The notes beneath the pieces were generated by a model, which was not told the origin of the DNA, searched no databases, and was given only the letters and a program-made list of their open reading frames with translations. This document shows positions 21,831 to 31,413 of a stretch of 35,714 nt of DNA, in pieces (the first letter of the stretch is position 1; each line of letters opens with the position of its first letter). This DNA is from Perkinsus chesapeaki ATCC PRA-425. Its lineage: Eukaryota; Protista; Perkinsozoa. Both the position numbers and the translations under genes were made by a program. The stretch spans positions 1 through 35,714 of the forward strand of contig JAAPAO010000366.1 of NCBI GenBank assembly GCA_013115145.1. Direction: 5' to 3'.

Positions 21831-24800
21831 CTAGGGTGCTTCGCGGGTAAGCAGCCCTCCAGGCATATCGCTTTCTTTCTCCATGGCTCCACCAACTGTC
21901 CCTCTCAAATGTGCGCCTACGATTTCGCGAAATCGGTTTTTCGCTTTGACGGCCATCGCGTAAAATTCTTTGAAAAGTGGTACCCGGTGAGGGTCCGTTG
22001 CTTCCCCTGATGCTAGCTTTCTCAAGGAAGGCCGCCGGCTACTACTAGGGTAATTTGCCAACCTCATATTATTCATTTATGGCGCGCGTTTTCCACAGCA
22101 TTTTTCCTATTTTACAATAGGAGGCTGAATGGTCTGAATATGCTAAGGTGTGCGGTTGCATCCCTCGGTGCTTGGTCCCATTGTGTTACTTGCCCCACTC
22201 GCCTTGTTTTATTTTTCTTCAGATGCTTTCTGGAGACGGCACTGCCTGACTGTCTAATATGGCGCCCTGTAAAAGACTTGCCAGGTGACTGTGGGTGGGC
22301 TTTATTCGCTTTGAACAAAATGTATTCATTAGAGATGCGATCTAATTTGCTACTCCCTCGATCTGGATATTTTCATACTAAGTACGGCATTACGTTACTA
22401 CTTTATTATTCTTTACGACTTGGCGATCGAAGCTCCATCGGTAAGGTTGTGCCACGAGCCTGAATGAATGTCTCGCGAAACCCTCGCCTCTGGCTCCGGC
22501 CGCATCGTAGGGGTTGGTAATCACCCCTGGCCGTGCAGAGTCTCTGACCAAAGTGGACGAAAGAAATTTTAGGGTCGCTTCTTTTGGTGATATTTCTCGA
22601 GAGATGTAAATCCAGAACTGATGTGGTGGCGCGTAAGGAGCAGCATTCCTTCGCGATGGTGGAGCAAAGAACTGTCGCTGGATAGAGCGGGTCAACTAGG
22701 CTGATGAAAAATGCTTATTGAAGATCGAAATTCTTACCCAGTCTGGAGACATACAGCCCGACGCAATGAAATAGAATATTTCGTATTTTTTCGACTTCTC
22801 ACTCAAGAATGAGTGTAATATAAAATATTTGAAAATAGCTCGAGGCTCTTTGGTTTGATATTGTTCGCTGGTTAGGAGTGGGCGTTAAACGTATCGAGGA
22901 CAAGTGCATCATCGCCATCCTGGCCTCTAGAACCTATCACCAGGACTTCCGTACCCGGGAGGCAAATTATCGAGACCGGTAGGCATTTACAGGCTCTCTG
23001 AAGATTTAAGGCTTTTGCAATAGAACCCTCTTTCTTTGTCATCAGCCTGTTACCCCGACTGCTATTAAATTAATAGGGAGTATTAATAGTATTAATACTT
23101 CCTATAGTAGCCCTAGTACTATGGTATTTCTGCGTGGTAAAAGCGCCATGTCGAACTTGGGCGGATGAGATCGCTCCGGTTTGGCTTATCTCGCTTACCT
23201 CTTCGACTCGTGAAAATTTTCCCTGGAAAGAGATGCTTAATTTTCCATGGAAGAAAAATTTTCCGGCTCTTCCATGGAAAGCTTAGCTCTTCGACCCGCG
23301 AGATTCTCATAATGGTTGCCAAATGGTTCCATATCAAACAACACCGCGCGTATTCGTTGAAGGAGGCCAGATGGAATGAGTCGCTTTAGGTGGGAGGAGA
23401 TGGCCAGGCATTTGGAGGATGAGTTGATCCCTTCGTTGATCCTGCGGAAGAATCCACCAAGAATGTGAGCCGTTCATACCGACTTTTCCATATATTTCTC
23501 ATTTCAGTACCCAAGAGTGGCGCAGCTTCATCCTCTCCAATTTGCTGCCGCGGCCTCAAAGATCTTCGTTCGTTCCTCTGCCTCCGCTTCGGCGTGGCCC
23601 TCAACCGTTAGTGCCTCGACCACTGGATGTTGCTTCTAGGCACGGTAGGGAGTTTCACTGTAAAGATTGACACATATGTCCCTGGAAGGCAGTTGCGGAT
23701 TATTGTCGGCCTAGTTCCGCTCTTGAACCACCCGCTAGCTTTCCACCGAATCGCGATAGGAAATACACTCTGCTGTGACGAAGGCAGATGGAAAGCCCTA
23801 GTGGGGTGTCACTGTAGAGCGCTCCAAAAACGGCCTAGACTTTCAGACTCCGTGCTGTGTGAAACTTCTGGCCAGAGAGATGACATTCGAAAGCCCTCGA
23901 TGCATTTTGCTCGACGCCGTAAATAAGATTTTGTTTAAGAGTTCCTGACGCGAGATTGTGCTACGGGATGGCTCTTCTTATCAAACGGGCCGCCTTAGCG
24001 GCGATATGTAGCATTATCTCATCATTTGTTCACGCAACGAAAACTGTACGAGGATCATGAACTCTGAGTCCTTGCAGTGTCCTGAAATCGGCCCGCGAAG
24101 CCTTGTTGGAAAAGCCTGCTATCCGGCAGATGTCCCTATGATAGCATGGCCTCACCAACTTGTACATGAGCGGGCACATAACTTGAATAACTGCATCGTT
24201 TAACTTGAAGTTCTGGGAAGACCAAAAGAGCCGTAGACTGGCTTCCAAATAGTTCATTGTTTCACACTATCAGGCGATTATTTAGGCGTAGACTTTTTCC
24301 TAGATATTTGTCGAGTCATAAAACCCCCGGCGGTTCCGGGGACTCCCTTGGAGATTATGCCACTGTGTTCAGGTCTAACCCCGAGGGGACGGTCAAGATC
24401 TCCGAGACGTTTTTATTACTGATCTCTGAGCGGTACTGATGTTGTGTTTTCCAGTGCTGGATCACCTCTCGTTCTTTTTGCTGAGGAATCCTGTGCTACT
24501 CTCCTGTGGTCTCAAATGAGGTGTATTTGGTACTGACTGTCCTTGTCGATAAAGCGGGATGGACTTGTCATGCAAATAGCAAGTAAACGTACCCGGGAAG
24601 GGTGTTAGAAGATTTAACTCAGCCAGTGCACGTTCCCGGTCCGGGAATCTCGGAGGCGATGAAGCCACATTTCCCTCCAAAAGCCTCGTGACCGGGCCCT
24701 GGTCTAGTGGTGAAACGTACGTTCGGGAACATTGTCACCGAGGCTCGTGTGGAAGCGAGCGGTGACGGTTCGGATTCAGAGGATTGCAAAACGCCATACT

Positions 24801-24860
24801 TGCCATACCTGCATTTTAGCAAATTGTGTAGCGAATGAGCAAACTCATCAAGTTGCAACG
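21831..24860 (-). CDS. Hypothetical multi-exon gene(s), product not recognised
   Basis: Protein-like minus-strand pieces flanked by plausible splice sites: GPVTRLLEGNVASSPPRFPDRERALAELNLL (about 24600-24710), IPQQKEREVIQHWKTQHQYRSEI (about 24340-24490), INEGINSSSKCLAISSHLKRLIPSGLLQRIRAVLFD (about 23240-23440), RRPSLRKLASGEATDPHRVPLFKEFYAM (21831-22040). I could not assemble one consistent model. Confidence 0.35.
23073..23105. repeat. Near-perfect inverted repeat, 16-bp arms, 1-nt spacer
   Basis: ATAGGGAGTATTAATA-G-TATTAATACTTCCTAT (one G:T pair). Confidence 0.8.
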
Positions 24861-24911
24861 CTCTACATCCTCGAGTGCTTTCATTGGTCCTAGTATTTGT
24901 CACAGTTTTTA

Positions 24912-27900
24912 ATGGTGGTCACCGCAGTACCGTTATCGGAGTTCACCGAGCCTGGTGCTGATCCAGTAACGATCATCCAGCGGTATCGACGACGAGGGGT
25001 GCCGATGACGGATCTTGTCAAGAGTTTCAGCCGCCATGAAAATAAAGTGAGACGGCCAACTTTCATGTGTGGAAGGTTGTGTCTTCATTTCAGTTGCAAG
25101 AGGAGCTTGTTCAGCTGATTAACGATCACTACGCGGAGTTCATAGGCTTGTCTACGAAAATGGACGACGTAAGCGGATCCGGGTCTAACCATCGAACGAC
25201 CCAGGTTCGAATCCTGGCGTGGGCGATTAGGTATCTCGTAAATCAGCGAGTCTCCGGCCGCCTTTAGCGGCAGCGCTGCAGTCGTCCAACAGCTCCACGG
25301 CTATGGTGAAGGTTATTGTAGACAAGGCAGATGAATTGATGAAAGAAAAGGAACAAATAGGACACGAAAAGAGGGTAACAATTCACCCCCCTTCGATTTG
25401 CTAGTCTGAGGCGGATGTAAACTTCAGCAGTTGCATAGTGGGACCAAGCAACGTACGTGTTCGGGTATGTGATTCCCGAATAGTGGCGTGCAGTAGTTGC
25501 GCTGGAATTTCACGGCGTGTGGTGGAAATGATCGAAATGCGCGACGAAAAAGGTCTTACACGCCACTTTAACTTGTAGAAGTTGTGGACCACAACTTGTC
25601 GTATGTTCAATGACTATGCGATTTGCTAAACGGTTTGGCTCACACTACTTTTCTCTTATGATCGGCTATTCAATCAGAGCTTATGTCCGTTGATCGTCAG
25701 CTGGGTAGAATCGAAAGGCGTTTGCACTCACCTCTTCCGAAACCAATGCGCCTTTTGGATAAGTCGCGAGCTGCTCGAGTCCCTGCCAGCCACTACACCC
25801 GATGCGAATCATACAATACGATTAATCGATCCACGAAATATGATTATCCATGTGCCAACCTCACGGAGAGTTGTCACGCAACACTTAGTTTTGGCAGGAA
25901 AGCTGGAATTTCGGAAGATCATTTTATATTTCGCCGTCGTGGTGGTGGAAGGAGCATGTTTGATGTTGTCAGTTACTCCAACTCTATATCGACAACCGTT
26001 CCCTCCTGTCCAAGATATCCGATCGTCTAGTAGAGAGTTCATCATCAGCGGACCATCTCACCTTGGCAGGCTATGCTGCACTTGAAAATAGTGCCATCGA
26101 ACTGACGCGGATGGAACTAGCCTTGCGAGAAGCTAACACCGATGAAGGTCAGTCGGTTTGCCATATCGAGTTATATCGGCACCTTTCGGTCCGAAGTTTT
26201 CCTTCATATTTGTGATATTTTTAGCCAGGCGAGATCGCCATCTCACCGATCTCGGGTGACATTGTACGATTCTTCCACTGTAGAGACCCTTTGGAGGGTC
26301 GTAGGTCGAAATGCAAGGGACTGTCGGTGTGGTACATTATTATACAAGAGCCGCAGTCGATGATTGCTAGTTTGGCATCTAACATATACTGTCATGGCTC
26401 CTCTCGTGAGCCAGTTTGCTATGAGGAAGCTGCTGCCCCAAACGGTCTGTTACTTTCATACCCTCCCCTGAGTTCGCTGGGTTAGTAATCTGTCTCTTTT
26501 TGAGGCTCTACTGGAACTTACACTGGACTTACTCTTAATCAGGGCCAGGCGGCTCTGATTGCATTTGCTACATCTTCAATAGAACTTGTAGCTTTTAATA
26601 AGGGACGCCTGAGATTGAAAACCGGCAGTTCCGATTTCACAAGGTCGATAAATATTTCTAGTGCGAAGATGCACTCAGAAATACATATAGCAATTATTTT
26701 GCTGGCAAAAGGGTAAACAGCACGTCCTTTCATGCCTTCGACCAGCTGTTCTTCTACCGTAGAAGTTCTACGACTCCCTAATTTGAGGTCTCGCGGTAGT
26801 CTCGAATTTATGAGAGAACCATCAATATTTTCATACCGTATTTTCCTCTACTCTCCTATAATATCGCAGGTACCCCTTCTGAACCATCCCAAGGGGAACA
26901 GTTCATTCAAAGCCTCCGTGGTGACTTGGATGCTACGCGAGATCAACTACACAAGACGCTAACTCGAGAGTGAGGGGAATCTTGCAATCTTGCATTTCTT
27001 CAACGCTTCGGCCAGATTCAATCATCTTGTGAAGATTTTTGCCGATGCCCCCTCGGAGGACTCCTCGTCGGTCTCTGCTATGTGTTTACTGGCTACCTGC
27101 AGAGGACTGGTGAGTTTTGTGGCGCGTGACTCTTGCGTTGGACTGCTGCCCGAAAGGTGAACCTCGGCCGCACTGATGATATTTATACCACAATTATCGA
27201 AGTGCTCGTTGATAAGCAGCTCAATGAGATTGCGAGTAAGTCGTCCCTGGTTCGATTCCTGGTTAGGGTATTTTAACTACAGGCTCAGAGAAGTCTGGCT
27301 TGACTGCAGCCAACTCGGCCTCATCTGTGTCGCTTGAAGGGTATTTCGGTAGAGTGTCGTCGACGTTGAAAAGTCAAACGCATCCATTGGCAAAGTTGAA
27401 CGAGTGTTTGATGGAGGTGGAGGGGCTACATTTATTACCAGGTAGACGGTACTGCTGTCGGAGCAGGTGGAACTAACTGAAATGATACGATGCCTCGATC
27501 TCGTGAGTTTTCCCCGTTGTTTCCCGTAGCCAGCTTGGCTCAAGTTATCCCCAAAATCTAAAGCCCTGTCTCAAGATCATGCTCAAGAGGAACTCCAGCA
27601 ACAACTTGCGGAAGAAATGAGAATATAAACAATCTACGAAGAGACTCAGCTTCTGATTCAAAATCAGAATCGTCTAGACGGCGTCTAGTATACGCATTCA
27701 ACTTAGTACTTACACGATCAGGTTGGCTATTCCTGCACGAGTTTTTCTCATCCACTTCGTTTCATTCCGAAATATATGAATGAACCTCAAATCATGAAGC
27801 CAATATTAAAGATGCTATTGACCATTGTGCTCGTCTCAATGTGGGCGCATACTTGTACTCAATCCCGGTAAACATATCAGAGCTGAGCGGGATGGTGTGA

Positions 27901-30900
27901 CAGAATAGTAGTATTCGAGGCCCTTCAACCACAAGAAGAAATGGAAGTGGAAGAATTGATCACAGACGACCTGCTTCAGTACAAGGCTGATGACTCTACT
28001 CTATCAGATCGAGTCCAGTGTTCTCTGCTGGCTTATTGTTAACAATGTTAACCCCTATTCTTAGCGCAAATCCAGTAAACTCTCACAAGATAACGGCTTG
28101 AATTACTTGGGGAAGAAGTATTATGCACTTGTCAGGCGTTGCCATTTGCCACAAGTTGACACAACCGAATAGCCACCGGTGGGATCCACTTAGTCGATCA
28201 CTAACAGTATACCAACTCATAACAGTTGATTCGACTGTTATGAGAGTGCCGCCGAGAGATAGATCTGGGCCCCAGAAGCAAGATCATCAAGTATATGAAG
28301 TTGTCAAGGTTCACAATTGATGATGGTGTGATTCAATGATGGTGTCATCAAGGCTTGTTAATTCTATTATGCATAGGGTTTCTATAACACGAATAAGAAT
28401 TCGACATGAGCAGAAACATGCCCTCATTTTGTGCTGACAAGATCATCTCATTGGGGCGGCGATACTCGGCTGTTTGACATGGATAACGAGATTTTTCGAA
28501 ACCCCGCTCGGATCGGATTGTTTTCAGAGTGCCTCCTTCGACCGGCTCTGGAGTGTATCATTCAGCGAGTGCCGTCGATTTTCATGCCGACCTATCCAGT
28601 CCAGTTTGCCGCCAACTACTCGGCGTCACAGACCTTTATACGTCAGCTTGGCGAAGGACATGAAAAATATCTCTCAACGGTGAGATGTGAAATACCTTTG
28701 CCGGGGATCGAACCTGCGGTTGTTCCTCAGGCACCGTGGGTGGCAGAGTTCGAAGGGAAGTGGAAGACTAATGTGTAGGCCTTTGACGGTGCATCTCCAA
28801 CGAGCCTCCTCTGCATCATCCCATGCCCACAATCCGTCCTCCAATCCATATTATTCTGAAGTTCGAATTAAATTAGATCAACAACGATCCCTACAAGTGT
28901 TCAACGAAGTCGGAATGTCTACTTCGCCGAACCAGCTCAGCATTTCAATTTCGTCATCCGTGCAGGTCGTTCCCGACTCCAAGCTTAGTAGCTCCGGGGC
29001 TCACTGAATTTGCCTTCCTTTCTGTCCCTCAGCCGTTTGCCAGTTGATTCTTACTGCCGTCATCCTCCTCAGTTACTTTTCACTACGTCAGCGTGAAATA
29101 GCTCAGCAGGTGCGCAAGGAGCTCTTCACTCGAGAAGACAGCCCACTGCAACTCATACGGTCCCAGGTCGTCGGTCATTTCCAGGATTTCCATCGCTAAG
29201 TCGTCTCCGTTCAGATTTGGTGCGAGCCGGAGGCGTTAGCCCAGCTGATGCCTCAGTTAGTTCCGAGATGCCTTCATCTCACCTGCGACGTCCTCGCGGC
29301 CTGGCAGGGTCACATTGCGGACAAAACTGCCGCGGAGGCATCCAGTAGGCATCCGATAGAAGCGTATTTCCGCATTGTATTCTTCAGACTTTGGTTTGCT
29401 CTTATCGTTTTGCAAAGATTTATCAACAGTGTCGTCTGAGCTGGCTCCCGAAACTGTCGACGGTTTGGGTGCTAAAATCGAGGCTACTGTAGACAGTGGC
29501 TCGGATGTAGCCGAGAAAGGTATGTTGATATTGGAGACCGAAAGCTGGGATGCAGGCGGCACCATACAGGGCCCGGTGTTTAAATGTCTTCATTTACGTT
29601 TTATCGGCAGACGCTCAGTAGATCACATCGTTCCCGATCCACGTAATTGTCACAACGCACACTACTGATTAACAACGGACCACTTTCCACGATTTCACTT
29701 TCAATGTCATTTCCTCTTTCAGTTGAACACCTGCTCTATCTCTGCGTAGAGCGGCTTCACCATCAGGCTTCTGATGTGGAGACAACATTATCACAAACGC
29801 TCGTTGCAGCCGTCGGTAGGATCAACTGGGGTCCTTCTTGCCCACTGTGGAGTCGACTCAGTTCCGAAACTGGAAGGGGTTAAGCAAATACCTGTGCTCT
29901 ACCGGATGACCTCTAAATCGGCTCCGACGACGAACAGCGCCTATATTGATAATGCTTGCAGCATACTTAGCGATTTTTCCAGCAAATACAATAGAGATTA
30001 GTAAGAGGCTTTGGTGACGGGGAGTCCACTCGATGGCCAATAGTTATCGAATATAGCCCTACGGAATGAAACCGTAGTTGGAATCCACACTGTGGAATGT
30101 ACTGCTACGATGGTGCAAGACAGAGGCTGTAACCAATGCTTCGGGAGCACCATCTCCTGGAGTAGCCACCAGTTGTCTGCTAATAACACGTAGACGTTTC
30201 GAAATGAACGGTGAACGGGAGTGAATTAATTTGGCATGGTCCAGTAGTTCATCGTAGTAGTAGTTAAATCCGTTTACTCAACTAACTTTGTCGGAAAGTC
30301 TGGTAAAGTCGTTAAAACGTACAATAGGAGGAAGCTGTCGTGTTAGTATCTGGTTCGAATCGTAGGACATCTCTTTCCCATTCCATAGCTATCCATATCT
30401 CTCCTCAATTCTATCATATCTACCCTCAGCCCTACCGAAGTGGATCGAGTCCTCGGAGCCGCCGGTGATCGATGTGCTGAGGAGCTAGCGAAGCGATGCA
30501 AGGCAGTACTCGATAAAGAGGAGTCTTTAAGCAGATTCACGCATCAGAACAAAGGTTGGTATTTCATGACCGGGAGTTTTCACTTGCCTGCTACTAATGA
30601 GACAACACATTGAGTTCGTTTATGTCGGCCTAAAGCGGACACTCTAGTGAGCAATGCCGTTTGTACTGTATCGATTTCCTATGCTAACTGGTTATGTACT
30701 GTGTGTCGTATTTTCATGGCTCGTATATTTTCGAATTCAAGGTTCCGTAATTGGTGTAACTAGCACCTTTACTGAAAGCTTTAGGTTCATCTGCGGAACA
30801 GCTATCAGATATCGATAAACTGCGGGCGCAGTTATGGCTGGATGCCTCTCACTTGATCGAAACTTTACCCAAGAGAGAGTCCTCCAGTATAGACACCCTT

Positions 30901-30957
30901 CGAGATGTAACTAAATCAGGGAAGCTAGTGATGGATAGAATCAGGCCTACAGTATAA
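24912..30957 (+). CDS. COG2: Conserved oligomeric Golgi complex subunit 2, about 18 exons
   Basis: Exons 24912-25046, 25094-25168, 25231-25374, [unresolved about 25680-26030], 26070-26147, 26870-26969, 27016-27109, 27157-27235, 27283-27441, 28528-28679, 28731-28774, 29073-29166, 29215-29344, 29388-29519, 29723-29815, 29862-30000, 30430-30554, 30785-30957. Family-like segments LVQLINDHYAEFIGLS, IFMPTYPVQFAANYSAS, FEGKWKTNVYFSLR, IPVLYRMTSKSAP, SDIDKLRAQLWLD. Confidence 0.85.
27523..27544 (+). other. Relict spliced-leader (SL) sequence inside a COG2 intron
   Basis: CCCGTAGCCAGCTTGGCTCAAG versus the Perkinsus SL ACCGTAGCCATCTTGGCTCAAG: 20/22 identical. It is followed by TTATCC rather than a GT donor, so it is not an SL RNA gene. 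Confidence 0.8.
27545..28350 (+). pseudogene. Decayed coding sequence downstream of the relict SL (retrocopy or retroelement pol fragment)
   Basis: Stop-interrupted protein-like frame (QEELQQQLAEEM.., EEMEVEELITDDLLQYKADD.., YMKLSRFTIDDGVIQ) within the 1086-nt intron 27442..28527. Identity uncertain. Confidence 0.3.
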
Positions 30958-31413
30958 AAAGTGTTTCATTACTGATCATCATAGTGTTGAATTATACCAC
31001 CTCAAAACTTTCCAGTTTATATCGTTAAGCCAAAAGAGAATACTCGGCATACCCGGACGAAAAAGTCACCAACGGAGCTCCTACACTTCTGCAGCGTGGC
31101 GGTAATATTCCGTCGTAAAGAACGATAATATACTTTTTAATATACCATGACAACTCAACGCCTGAATTTGAGATGCTTGAACTAGATTTCGTTTGCCGTT
31201 GACATCTCTTACAGAATCATCATAATGAGAATGATCAGGAAAACGAGTAGGGTATTTGGAGATACCCGTGCAGCATTGGAAGGCCTATACCGAAGCACCG
31301 ACATTTGAAAAGTCTCGCGAGGATCTACAGTAATCCACTGCCATCTATACAGTATATAGAATGACCTTGTTCGAAAACAGCGAGTCGGGCGCCAGATGTC
31401 ACGGCAGAGCAGT

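Noticed and set aside
28431-28778. Treating the 115-aa ORF as one COG2 exon
   Set aside because: It includes intronic sequence before the 28528 acceptor and an in-frame 51-nt GT-AG intron (28680..28730) whose removal restores the family-like spacing.
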